Source: Oopsacas minuta (lineage: Eukaryota; Animalia; Porifera). From it: a DNA stretch of 64,000 nucleotides. The notes beneath the pieces were generated by a model, which was not told where the DNA came from, made no database searches, and saw only the letters and a program-made list of their open reading frames with translations. The stretch covers positions 186,001-250,000 of the forward strand of contig JAKMXF010000300.1 of NCBI GenBank assembly GCA_024704765.1. Reading direction: 5' to 3'. This document shows, piece by piece, positions 11,327 to 22,051 of this stretch (position 1 is its first letter; the number at the start of each line of letters is the position of its first letter). The translations under genes were made by a program, and so were the position numbers.

Positions 11327-14300
11327 ATGGCTAATTATCCAGTTACATACACCGCACTCCCTCTCAATGACTTACCTGATCCTATATACAGACATATAGA
11401 GGTTGCATATCCAGAAGAACAACGACGAAAGACCCTACAACTACCATCATGTGCTGGAGGCTTTTCTTACACTGGAAGTGATAATTACCGCAATAAAACA
11501 GTCAGAAGTCGTTTTATAATTTGGCGTTATGATGAAAATCATTTGGAATTGATAGAATACTCAACTGATTATAACTTAGAAGGAAATGCACTCAAATTTG
11601 AATTTATCAACTGTGAACTAATAGGTCGTGTTTCTATATACGAATCTGAAGATTTGTCTTCGATACAAATAGCAATACCCACGTCTACTCGTATAATACG
11701 TATAGTATTACTACATCCACTTTCTTTACACGATATTCATAGTGATGTACATTCTTCTATTTTCTATAATGTTACGTCACATATTCTTGCAGATGTTTCT
11801 GCATCGTATCCACTCCCACAGGCATTCCTATCTCATACACTGGTTGCTATAGCAACCGGTCTTATTAATAACATACTTGTGTGTACAATGGGTAGTTCAG
11901 ATGGGAGCGTGTTTGGTGTAAGGTTTCCGGCGCATAGAGAACATATTTTCACACCTTTTGAGTTGAAACAGACAGGGATAATGTCCAGGATTATAAGCGG
12001 GTTTATCAGAAAGAGCGAAGCTACTTCTCAAGAAAATACACTCTCTTCTATGCGAATACTTAATTTCAATGGCAGAGCTTATATCTTACAAATATTTAGA
12101 GATTGTAAACTCAAATTGTTGCATTTGGATAGGAAAGAATGCATTTTGAATGAGGACTTATCAAATCATCTTAATAACTATGGATGTGTCAATCAAATTG
12201 AACCTATGATTGAATTGAGTCAGACAATTGATAGCGGTGTGCAGAAAATATGTATTCTTATTACCACCAACACACTCGCAATTTTTCTCACTTACGATTT
12301 GCATCTTGATTTGGCTGCTCCAGTTCTTCAACATCTCTCATCAAACTTCTCAACTCTACCAACTAACTCGAAACTTTTACAGTTTTCATTTTCAAATGAG
12401 AACTTGTACACACTATGGCTATCTCGTGACGATGAATCTACAATCGTGGAAACTTTAAATACAGGAGGAAAGAATCCACAGACAAATGGATGGCTCACTT
12501 TCAACGAAATTTCACAATTACCAAACGAATTAGAAATCCCAGATATAAAAGACATACAAGAAACGTATTTGAGTTATATTTGCAATACAAAGTATATGAG
12601 AGTACAATGTATACTAAATGCACTTACACTATTCGAGCATACACCACCACAGATTCTAACTCATGCCGCGTTAAAAACCGCGATAATCCAAGCAGTAGAG
12701 AAAGAAATTCACCATCTAGTTACTCTTCCTCAACTACAGAATCAATTACGTCGTGCTCTACAATTACAAGTTTGGTCAAAGTTCTATCAAGCTTGTTTAC
12801 AGTATCAAACTATATCATGCTATCCATTGGGATTAATCGCAAATAAAGGGATACAGTTTCTTATAGGGAAACGTTCTCTCATATTCTATGCACCAATTCA
12901 ACTACTTGAACAGATATACTTACAGCCTAAAGTTAAGCCTTGCTTACAAGCAATTAGAATATTATCAATTGAATTAATTGATAAAATTAAATATGTGTTA
13001 GGTATGGCAAGAAAAATATCAAACTGTTTCGTTGGATTAGAATTACATCTTAGAGACTTGTTGGATAATGATGCTGATATAGTAGGGTTTGTAGGGTATC
13101 TCCTTGATTGTATGTTGATAGCAGATAGAGAGGTTTGTCGCTCGGAGAGTCCTGTTAAGCACTCAGAGATTAGAGCTAGCATTGGTAAAATACAGCCATT
13201 GATACCAGCACTTCAAGCAATTTCCGATTTATTGAAGTTTCCATTATCAGAAGCATTCTATACTCATTGTAGCTTAGAAAATACTGAAAATATTGAATCG
13301 AACATTTCAAATATATCTACATTATATACTAGTGAATTGTCTATTTCTATATTAAATGCGAATTTTCGCGATTTAGTCGCGAGGAAGAAAGAAGTGTGTT
13401 GGAGCATTTTGTTGTTGTCATGTTTTGTTTTGCGGGAGAAAGCAACAAATGCTCAATCACAGGAAAATGAAGCTTTTACCACACTCAAATCATTCATTCT
13501 CCCAGAATTAATAACTTCACTTATTTCATTACATTTACTTCAAAACTTATCACAATTCAAGTCAAAAACTCACAACATTAACAGTACAATGTACAGCAGC
13601 GAATCACAGAATGTGTCTATTACACAGACTGTATACAGGATTTTACCATTACAATACGCTACAGATAAATGTCTACATGAAATACTATTAAAACTACACA
13701 CACGTAATGTATTACCATCAGAAGAGCTTATAGAGCCTGTATCAACTTTACAATACATTCTATGTGAGTACACCAATGCGATTTGTGAAAGTGTATCTCC
13801 GGGTTTATCTGCTATAAAGTTCCTTACATACATGTACGATAATCGCTACCTATCAGAATTACTCTACACACTACATGTACTAGAATCTCTATACAATCCT
13901 GTATTGGTGTATCCTATAAGACTCTACAGAGCTCAATACTATCTGAAGGTTGGTAAAGTTGGGAAATCAGTACAGATTTTCCTCTCTACTATATCAGGAA
14001 TGTTGTCTGTTGTCCCTGATCCATTCTTATACGATATTGTAGCGGATAAGGTTGAAGAGACAAAGTCAAATTGTACCGTATTGTATTTCCTATATCTAAT
14101 CGATTTATTCGAACAAGAACAAGCTCCTGATATGATTATACGGTTAGCTAAACACGCATTAGAAATAGCTCCAGCTGATGAGCAGCTGATGAGCAATCTA
14201 TGGTCTATACAGTTCAAACACTCGCTAGATCTCTGTCTATATGAAGAAGCGTATGTAGCAATGATAAGTAATCCTGAACAGCCAAGAAGAAAAGATTGTA

Positions 14301-15646
14301 TGAAAAGATTTGTTATTGAACTTTGTACTAAAAAGAAATACAAGTTACTCTGTGCATTTTCATATTCTGGTGTAGAAAAGGAGATTGAAGATGTACTGGA
14401 ATCTAGAGCTAGATCAGCTGATCCGATGACTGGCAATTATTACTCATTATTACACACATTCTATTCAAATCGTGGCAACTATAGGAGAGCAGCTGTTGCT
14501 ATGTACGAGTGTGTTATGCGATTGAATGGAGAAATGGCTACATTGCTTATAATACAGAAACAAGCTAAATGCTATCTCGCGGCTATTAACGCCCTTTATC
14601 TTGTAGACGATAAATCGGCTTTTGTACTGAAGCCTCGAGCTAAAGTACAAGCAAAAAAACCGCTAGACAATCCACCTGATTCGAAGAAAATGCGGGAAAA
14701 CGTGTCGTCACCAGTCGAGAACGAAATAGACGCTTCTCTCATTCCTCGTGTCGAAGTTGTATCTCTAGAAGATTTGGAGGATGAATATTTGTTAGTTTTA
14801 GCTCAATTAAAGTTAGCACAAGTCGAAGAGACAGCCACGCCCCTGACAACTTCAACATGTACGCGAGAAGAGATTGTGATACTACTTGTACATTATGGAC
14901 TATTCGATCTGGCTATGACAATATCTGACAGACTTAAACTATCCAAACAGCAAATATTTGAGATGTTAGCTACTCGCTGTGTTAAGATGGCTATACTAGG
15001 TGATGTAATACTGGAGGATACAGATGGATTAGCGCATATACAATGGCTAAGCTATAATGACACAGGGATAGAGTGTTGTATTGAAGGTTTATCTCATGAA
15101 GGCAAAGCATGGAACCTTCTTAAACGCTATTTAGAATCAATGATTGATTTTGAAAAGATTGAAGCGCATTTGTGGGTTGTAGGCATACTCCTATCCCTAA
15201 ATTACGCACTACCTCAATGGCTCAAAGACGACGTATCTCGTATCGCTCCCGAGAAGCTCTTAGCAATGTACCTTAAATATTCACAACTAGAAGATGCTGG
15301 ACAGTTTGCATTAGCGTACATTCGTGCTGTATTAGGCGATAGAAAGGAAAATGAACAGAGAGGAGCAGAGGAAAAATTCGGTCTCAAATACTCGTTAAAA
15401 TCAATAGATCCAGAAACAGGAACTTATAATACAGTTAAACTGCCATACACTTATATTGATATACTGCTAAGCGAGCTGAAGAAAAAACCTGAAGATTCAC
15501 ATTTACATGGATTATACGAAGCACTTGAAATGCAGCTACAAGATTATTTTACTGAGTTAGAACAAGCTAGCAAATATCTGATCTTATTAAAGAAGAAAAG
15601 TAGTAAGCAACATTTGCAAGAATCTCAGGAATTGAATTCAATTTGA
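11327..15646 (+). CDS. NUP160: Nucleoporin NUP160
   Basis: 1439-aa intronless ORF. N-terminal PSCAGGFSY...RSRFIIWR...LELIEYSTDYNLEGNALKFEF and C-terminal FKHSLDL..YEEAYVAMISNP...RRKDCMKRFVIELC and RGNYRRAAVAMYE are NUP160 signatures. Confidence 0.92.
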   Translation: MANYPVTYTALPLNDLPDPIYRHIEVAYPEEQRRKTLQLPSCAGGFSYTGSDNYRNKTVRSRFIIWRYDENHLELIEYSTDYNLEGNALKFEFINCELIGRVSIYESEDLSSIQIAIPTSTRIIRIVLLHPLSLHDIHSDVHSSIFYNVTSHILADVSASYPLPQAFLSHTLVAIATGLINNILVCTMGSSDGSVFGVRFPAHREHIFTPFELKQTGIMSRIISGFIRKSEATSQENTLSSMRILNFNGRAYILQIFRDCKLKLLHLDRKECILNEDLSNHLNNYGCVNQIEPMIELSQTIDSGVQKICILITTNTLAIFLTYDLHLDLAAPVLQHLSSNFSTLPTNSKLLQFSFSNENLYTLWLSRDDESTIVETLNTGGKNPQTNGWLTFNEISQLPNELEIPDIKDIQETYLSYICNTKYMRVQCILNALTLFEHTPPQILTHAALKTAIIQAVEKEIHHLVTLPQLQNQLRRALQLQVWSKFYQACLQYQTISCYPLGLIANKGIQFLIGKRSLIFYAPIQLLEQIYLQPKVKPCLQAIRILSIELIDKIKYVLGMARKISNCFVGLELHLRDLLDNDADIVGFVGYLLDCMLIADREVCRSESPVKHSEIRASIGKIQPLIPALQAISDLLKFPLSEAFYTHCSLENTENIESNISNISTLYTSELSISILNANFRDLVARKKEVCWSILLLSCFVLREKATNAQSQENEAFTTLKSFILPELITSLISLHLLQNLSQFKSKTHNINSTMYSSESQNVSITQTVYRILPLQYATDKCLHEILLKLHTRNVLPSEELIEPVSTLQYILCEYTNAICESVSPGLSAIKFLTYMYDNRYLSELLYTLHVLESLYNPVLVYPIRLYRAQYYLKVGKVGKSVQIFLSTISGMLSVVPDPFLYDIVADKVEETKSNCTVLYFLYLIDLFEQEQAPDMIIRLAKHALEIAPADEQLMSNLWSIQFKHSLDLCLYEEAYVAMISNPEQPRRKDCMKRFVIELCTKKKYKLLCAFSYSGVEKEIEDVLESRARSADPMTGNYYSLLHTFYSNRGNYRRAAVAMYECVMRLNGEMATLLIIQKQAKCYLAAINALYLVDDKSAFVLKPRAKVQAKKPLDNPPDSKKMRENVSSPVENEIDASLIPRVEVVSLEDLEDEYLLVLAQLKLAQVEETATPLTTSTCTREEIVILLVHYGLFDLAMTISDRLKLSKQQIFEMLATRCVKMAILGDVILEDTDGLAHIQWLSYNDTGIECCIEGLSHEGKAWNLLKRYLESMIDFEKIEAHLWVVGILLSLNYALPQWLKDDVSRIAPEKLLAMYLKYSQLEDAGQFALAYIRAVLGDRKENEQRGAEEKFGLKYSLKSIDPETGTYNTVKLPYTYIDILLSELKKKPEDSHLHGLYEALEMQLQDYFTELEQASKYLILLKKKSSKQHLQESQELNSI

Positions 15647-15871
15647 ATGCCTCCATCCTTCTAATTGGCATCTCTACATATATACTTCTCAATAATTTAT
15701 AATTAGTGTGTTTAGATTTAATCACTTTCTGATTACTACAGTAGCAACTTGTTGTTTTAGCGGATTTTGCATTACTTAACTATTAAATAAATTCGATTTT
15801 GCATTTTGTTCAACTATTTGTAGAATTCAGGAGGTTTTGTTTTGGCTAAAATCGTTCCACTAAATGCTTAT

Positions 15872-16003
15872 AAGATATTTAACCATGGATGATAGATTTG
15901 TTCAAGGTCGTTTTTTGAGCACTCCTCGCTTGATTGAACGCGGAGATTTCTACGTACTATATAACATAAATACACGAAACTACTATCCATGGTTAAATAT
16001 CTA
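15872..16003. mobile_element. Short TIR element (MITE), family E, copy 1
   Basis: Ends aagatatttaaccatggat (15872-15890) and atccatggttaaatatcta (15985-16003) are inverted repeats. The interior (gagcactcctcgcttg, gatttcta) matches 25784-25926 in reverse orientation. Confidence 0.75.
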
Positions 16004-16391
16004 ATATTTATATTGTGGACCATTTTCGTAAAAACTGTTTACACGTCCCTGGGCACGTTGTAAATCGAATATGTTTTAGCGACTTTACATTACTCATACC
16101 AATGCTATGATCATCATTAAAATTGATATTGTATAACTTTGAATGATTGCAATTGTCATTATTCAATACATTACGTGTTATGCAAATACATAGAAAAAGC
16201 TGTTCAAATTGACTAATTGTAATCAATCTTTTATCAGCTAGTTGATTATACACACCAACGTATTTCACGATCAGATGACAATAGTTAATTTCAACAATTG
16301 TAAGGCATCTGTGCTGATTTGACAGTGGTTGGAGAGGGTATAAATTCGAGAATGTAGGCTTCAAATGTTCAATATTTCACATTTCGACACT

Positions 16392-18928
16392 ATGATGTTA
16401 TCTAGATTAGGTTTTGTGGGTGGAGGAAAGATTACATCAGCTTTGGTTGCTGGATTAATTCGATCAGGTATTATGACGTCATATATATTATGCCACAGCT
16501 GTTTACCTAACTGACATTTTTTCATATGATTTTAGGTGATTTCAAACCTCAGAATATTTTGGTATCAGAGCCATGCCCAAAGGCGAGAGAACAATTGCAA
16601 GTACGTAAGCACAAAATACATAGTAAATTTAATAATTATTTTACATTTTGTGTTTTTTAGCAAAAATTGAATGTACAGACGTGTGCTGATAACAAACTCA
16701 TTCCTGCAAAATGTGACACTATCTTAATAGCCGTTAAGCCAGATATAGTACCTGGAGTATTAGATGAACTATCACCTAGTATATTGAAGCAGGAACATGT
16801 TGTTATATCAGTAGCAGCAGGTGTAAAAATATCCACAATTGAACAAGTGAGTTACGACGAACTTCATTGTATTTATAATGTCAGTTACATATGTATATTT
16901 ACTGTAATTCTGTCTAGCATCTCCCAGAGGAGACCTCAGTTGTACGTAGCATGCCTAACACCTCCTCACAGATAGGATCAGGTGCTACATTATTCGCTCC
17001 TGGCTTAGCTATATGTTCAGAACAGATTGAATATATTCATGAACTATTCTCTAGTGTGGGATATTGTCAGAAAGTTGATGAGAAATATTTAGATGTCATA
17101 ACTGGTCTAAGTGGATGTGGACCTTGCTATGTACGTTAATATTTACTGTGTACAATATTGCATATATATGATTTGATAATATATTTATAGATGTATATTG
17201 TATGCGAGGCTCTAGCTGATGGAGGAGTCAAGGCTGGATTACCTAAAGAACTAGCCGTAAAACTAGTTGCACAAACTATGCTTGTGAGTTATTTCATAAT
17301 ACAGCTATAACGACCAATTAAAATAACGGTCATATGTAAATAACTAATACTTTACAACACATCTCTTTGATGATGTGTTGTAAACAAGTTCATTGAAATA
17401 CGATTGCGCAAATATTCAATGGAAAAAATGTGAATGAAATGGTAGGACAGTCAACTCACGTATCGAAGCTCAAGGAACTGCAATAATTACTTTTGATATA
17501 AGCAGAGCTGAGTTCGATATTCCTTCCGTGTTCGATATAACAGGAGTTGACTGTAGTTACTCTTGTAGGGAGCTTCTAGAATGATGTTAACTTCAGACAA
17601 ACACATATCTCAGGTAATTTACTTACATTATAATAATTGATGTTAAGAGGATCTTATTTAATGTATGTAGACAAGTACATAGAAAGTTAGTCACACTATT
17701 TAAGTAAAATTATTTTACCGAAATAGCTTTCTGTTTCTTGGCTCTGTCTGCTTCTGAGAGTGAAAGAGCGATTGCGAAATCTATATCCTCTTGTTCCTTC
17801 CGTTCTTTCGCGGTTTTAGGCACTGAAGAACTGGAGGGTAAGGTAGGTTTGGGAGGGTTAGCACGAGCACCTTGTCTTTGTGACTCTTTCAGAGATGCAG
17901 CGATTGCTTCGGCTATTAATTTATCTTCTTCAGCTTTATTCTTTGGTTTCAGAGATGTGTTTTGAGTTGACAGAATTCTACAATTCGCATCTGTAGCAGG
18001 TCTCATAGGTTGTGGGGTAGGATCGTGGATAAACGGTGAATTGAATCGTCTTGTTTCTCTCGCTTTATTTTGCGGTTCTCGACAGTTATGTTGATCAGGA
18101 AATCTGTGATTAAGACAAAAGTGTAGCTGACAACCTTCACATATAACAGGCACTAGTTCCCTTACTTTACAAGTACTCACGTTACACAGAGCACTACTCT
18201 TAACTTTATATTTATTTTCACTTTTACATTCCATTTCAATGTGTTTGTTCACTCTCTGATTAACATCCATTCCCTTACTAACTGGTAGTGCATGTCCACA
18301 TAAAGGACAAGTTGGTACAATCTTATCCTTACGGTAGGCTTCTGTACATCGGTGTTCTTTATATGAACGATGTTCTTTGCAGAAGGTTTTCTGACAAAGA
18401 TCGCAATTGAAGGGTAAGAAATCTAGCTGGTAGCAGGTCTGTTCCGCACAATGTGTGCCCATATGAGGAAGCTCCATCGTAGTATTGTTTAATGGTAGAT
18501 TGCAGTTAGCTTGTTTTTATAGAATTTGAGAAAAATTAAAGAATATTCTAAAACTAAAATTAGCAATTTGGATACCATATCATGATCGTAATACTTTTAA
18601 TATCGAATTATATTATTATCGAAAGAACATTCTAGAATGCCTAATTATGGATGTAAAAGGGCATAGAATAGTGGCTTCACAGGTAGTTACATATACGCAT
18701 ATATCGAATCAATTCGAAAGATATCAAATTCTCTAATTCAGTGTTTTATTGTGTATTATTAATTTTATTTAGTTGAAAGATGATGTATGTTCTCCTGGAG
18801 GGATTAGTATAAATGCAGTGCATACTTTAGAGAAAGCTGGTTTTAGAGGTATATTGATGGAAGCAGTTGATGTATCAAGCAAGAAATCAGTTCAGCTAGC
18901 AAACATAGTCAATAACGTCAAGAATTAA
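16392..18928 (+). CDS. PYCR: Pyrroline-5-carboxylate reductase, 7 exons, 277 aa
   Basis: Exons 16392-16467, 16536-16600, 16661-16846, 16918-17130, 17191-17283, 17569-17613 and 18773-18928, all GT-AG with consistent phases. Motifs: LGFVGGGKI, IAVKP, ISVAAGVKI, RSMPNT, GLSGCGPCY, EALADGGVKAGLP and LKDDVCSPGG. Confidence 0.92.
17448..17555. mobile_element. Tc1/mariner (pogo-like) MITE, family A, in PYCR intron 5
   Basis: cagtcaactc...gagttgactg-TA termini; internal tatcgaagctcaagg shared with other family A copies. Confidence 0.75.
17710..18477 (-). CDS. ZFAND2: AN1-type zinc finger protein 2 (AIRAP/AIRAPL-like), nested antisense in PYCR intron 6
   Basis: MELPHMGTHC...CYQLDFLPFNCDLCQKTFCKEHRSY.EH.C, a C2HC finger (CPLC...H...C), a second AN1 finger (C..C..HFCLNHRFPDQHNC) and two UIM-like motifs (EEDKLIAEAIAASL, EQEDIDFAIALSLSE). 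Confidence 0.92.
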   Translation of the reverse strand: MELPHMGTHCAEQTCYQLDFLPFNCDLCQKTFCKEHRSYKEHRCTEAYRKDKIVPTCPLCGHALPVSKGMDVNQRVNKHIEMECKSENKYKVKSSALCNVSTCKVRELVPVICEGCQLHFCLNHRFPDQHNCREPQNKARETRRFNSPFIHDPTPQPMRPATDANCRILSTQNTSLKPKNKAEEDKLIAEAIAASLKESQRQGARANPPKPTLPSSSSVPKTAKERKEQEDIDFAIALSLSEADRAKKQKAISVK

Positions 18929-19222
18929 TTAAATCAACTACTTCTATTTTGTGTTTGACTGGGATTGTATTTTTTGAACTTTCAATTACACATCGTCTAG
19001 TCAATATGTTGCTTTTTTGATAATATTAAACCCTACTTTGTTGGATAATCATAAATAATTTTTTTAAAGTCATTTTTGTGACCTGGGTGACTATTGTAAA
19101 ATTCCTATTATGATGGAATAATTATTGTTCGCATATTCTCCTTGAATCATCAAATATTTTCGAGGTAAATCAAGGGAAAAATATCTTAAAGTCATATTAA
19201 TGTTAGAAAAATCCAGTTGTAA

Positions 19223-19846
19223 ATGTCTAAGTCATTATTCAAGAAAAAAAAGAAAGAAGATCTCTCTCCCGAGACAGCTCTAACAAAAATGAGAGAGACA
19301 CAATTAATGCTAGAGAAGAAAAGCGTATTCATTGAGTCACAAATAGAAAAACAAACACAAATAGCCAGGAAGAATGCTTCCACTAATAAAAAGGTTGCAA
19401 TCGAAGCGTTAAAACGCAAAAAGCGATTAGAAAAACAGCTACAACAAGTTGATGGGACTCTCTCCACTGTAGAATTTCAACGTGAAAATCTTGAGAATGT
19501 TTCAATCAATACGGAGGTACTTCAGAACATGAGCACTGCGGCTAAAACTCTGAAAGAAACACACAAAAAGTTAGATGTAGAAAATGTACAGGACTTAATA
19601 TGTGATATTGAAGAACAACAGCAAATAGCTTCTGAAATAAGTGAAACTTTAGCGACAGGATTTGGTGTGCAACAAGATGAGGATGATGACGATTTGTTGG
19701 CTGAGCTTGAAGAATTAACAAATGAGAAGTTAGGGATTGAAGATTTTCCAGCTGTACCAGATCAACCTCTTCCAATTGTGAAAGGAACCAAGGAGAAAAT
19801 CTCTAAAGATAAGGACCTTGCAAACTTAGAGGCTTGGGCTACTTGA
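19223..19846 (+). CDS. CHMP4: ESCRT-III subunit Snf7/CHMP4
   Basis: AIEALKRKKRLEKQLQQVDGTLSTVEFQRENLE; C-terminal ALIX-binding-type LANLEAW. Confidence 0.93.
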   Translation: MSKSLFKKKKKEDLSPETALTKMRETQLMLEKKSVFIESQIEKQTQIARKNASTNKKVAIEALKRKKRLEKQLQQVDGTLSTVEFQRENLENVSINTEVLQNMSTAAKTLKETHKKLDVENVQDLICDIEEQQQIASEISETLATGFGVQQDEDDDDLLAELEELTNEKLGIEDFPAVPDQPLPIVKGTKEKISKDKDLANLEAWAT

Positions 19847-20095
19847 TGACGTAACATCTTAGGATTAAATAATAATCACTTACAAGAATTATTACTACTT
19901 TCACGCGTATTTATTAGTTTTGTATCTTTGTCATAATTATCACTAATGAATCAACTTGGCTCTTATGAAATGCTCATTCGCATTATGTCATATAAATGAA
20001 TAATTGCTGCTAAATAATAAGCCCTATAATTCACCAATATCTGAGACCCTTTTGGTCAGCATCAATGAATAATTGACAATTAGAGACTAGATAAT

Positions 20096-21286
20096 ATGAT
20101 AAATGTAATAATATATCCCGAAATGGCGTATGCTTTCACCATGAAACCATTTGAGTATAAATGTAGTAAAATTTCTTGCTTAAATAAAATGAACCGTACA
20201 GAAGAGTACTTTAATTTATTTGAAGGAGTAACATGCATTATTCTAGTTTCGCTACATTTCCTTCTAACTTGTTTCTGGCTATTGTATATTATTAAGAATT
20301 TAAGGAAAACATTTCGAGAAAGAAAAATTTGCAAAAACTCCAAAATTGATCCTCAAGTAAAAAATAAAATTCTATTCAACTGTCGAACTATTGTCGTGAA
20401 GGATATTTTACTGTTCTGCATCGCTATTTTTGAGTTCATAATATCGTTGTATTTAGCAATTCCAGGATTAACTTATGATCAGTATAGGAAAAATCATGAA
20501 AATACATTCAAAGCTTTTGAAAGAAAAGAGTTATGCGAACCTACAGGATATTTCGGTCTACTTAGCATTCTCCCAGCTGCACAATTAGCTCCAATTAGTA
20601 TTGGAATCGTAGTCATATCATCAGTCTTGCTCTTAGTCACGCTAAGTACTTATTTATCCAGAAGATACTTTGGGTATGCCTTAGAAAAACGATATCTCTA
20701 TCAGATTATCCTTTGGTGGGTATCACAAGCAATATTCCTGCTCCTAACACTAATTCCTTACCTCCAAATTCTCCTTTGTATAATGCCAATATTTCTAACG
20801 ATAAATTGGATTACATTAATCAAATCGAGTAGGAGATTGTCTCGAACCATAAAGTCGAAGCTTCTAGAACTATACCGCTTTGGATATGACCCAATTCGTT
20901 ACAATATAAATTGGGTAAACTATAGAACTTACAACGTGTTCATTACAATTCATCTTATAACTATTCTATTGGTCGTCGTGATAATCTCCATTGAATTATT
21001 GGTAACGTTCATTAGATCAATTATATTAAGTGAATGCTACTTAAAGTATACGTATAATTTTGAGCTGAATATTAATTTGAACCAAGGATTGAAAGAAAGG
21101 CTGACACATATACTTTTAGCGATTAATAGCTATGGAATTTTCTCATTAGCTTTATTTTACGGATTGTTTGTGGTTACTCCATTAGTGCTCGTATCTCTTG
21201 CTTACCTATTTCATGTTTTATTTAAAGGATCAAGAAGCAGGATATATAGGATGAATTATACTTTAATGCAACCTCTTTTAACGTGA
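20096..21286 (+). CDS. Orphan 7-transmembrane protein, family member 2
   Basis: 396-aa intronless hydrophobic ORF with LFNCRTIVVKDILL....FEF, STYLSRRYFGY and TIKSKLLELY, shared with members 1 and 3. Exact start uncertain. Confidence 0.78.
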   Translation: MINVIIYPEMAYAFTMKPFEYKCSKISCLNKMNRTEEYFNLFEGVTCIILVSLHFLLTCFWLLYIIKNLRKTFRERKICKNSKIDPQVKNKILFNCRTIVVKDILLFCIAIFEFIISLYLAIPGLTYDQYRKNHENTFKAFERKELCEPTGYFGLLSILPAAQLAPISIGIVVISSVLLLVTLSTYLSRRYFGYALEKRYLYQIILWWVSQAIFLLLTLIPYLQILLCIMPIFLTINWITLIKSSRRLSRTIKSKLLELYRFGYDPIRYNINWVNYRTYNVFITIHLITILLVVVIISIELLVTFIRSIILSECYLKYTYNFELNINLNQGLKERLTHILLAINSYGIFSLALFYGLFVVTPLVLVSLAYLFHVLFKGSRSRIYRMNYTLMQPLLT

Positions 21287-21586
21287 TATTTCTGTAGAAT
21301 TTGTAATCATTTATTGATAAATCTATTGAAATGTATATTAATTATTACATGCTAACTATTTGTAAGTATTGCGTGTATGGATATGGCGTTTCTATTATTG
21401 TATTAAGGGAAATGTACATCCTGATATTTTGAATTTTGTAATATAGTCAATCAAAATTTCTTGTAAAACAACAAATAATTACCCCCAATATATTCAGAAT
21501 TGATTCGATTTTTCCAAGATAACTTATTGAATATCGGCTGTGTACTGTAATTTGCCTTTTATAATTAACAAGTATGTACTGGTGCC

Positions 21587-21962
21587 AGGTGACAGCGTTT
21601 GGAAGCGATGCTCATATCGCACCGCAGTGCTCCTTAAAATTGTTTAGGGTGTAACGCGACAGTATCTATAGTCCTAGAATGTTTTCGCACACTAAACTAT
21701 TGGTTGAAGGTCGGAGGAACTGATTATCTGTGGAAATTCAAATACTGGATGACCTCATTAATGAATAGCTTTAAATAATTAATTATTGCCTCAAATATTC
21801 ATCATATATAATTTATCAAAAATACATACATAAATAACTCTATAATCCGATCCAGCGTAGCGTAGCACAGCGCAGGTAGAGGTGGTGACAGCAAACCACC
21901 TCTGCAGCGCAGCGGAAGATTTAAATCTTCAAAATGTCCATCGCTTCCAAACACTGCCATCT
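21587..21962. mobile_element. 376-bp non-autonomous TIR element between convergent 7TM genes
   Basis: aggtgacagcgtttggaagcgatg (21587-21610) and catcgcttccaaacactgccatct (21939-21962) are 24-bp inverted repeats with 3 mismatches. No coding capacity and no clear TSD. Confidence 0.72.
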
Positions 21963-22051
21963 AAATACTATACTATTTTAACAAATCTACATATAATATA
22001 TTCCAAGTGGTAATTAAAGTATTTTAAATCTCAAATAAAAAGTATAGTTAC

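Noticed and set aside
16008-16364. 118-aa minus-strand ORF between NUP160 and PYCR
   Set aside because: No motif, AT-rich intergenic composition and no paralog; likely chance.
18647-18682. Possible mini-exon MDVKGHRIVASQ in phase with the last PYCR exon
   Set aside because: The donor (gtagtt) is weak, the nearest upstream acceptor gives the wrong phase, and there is no homology to PYCR.
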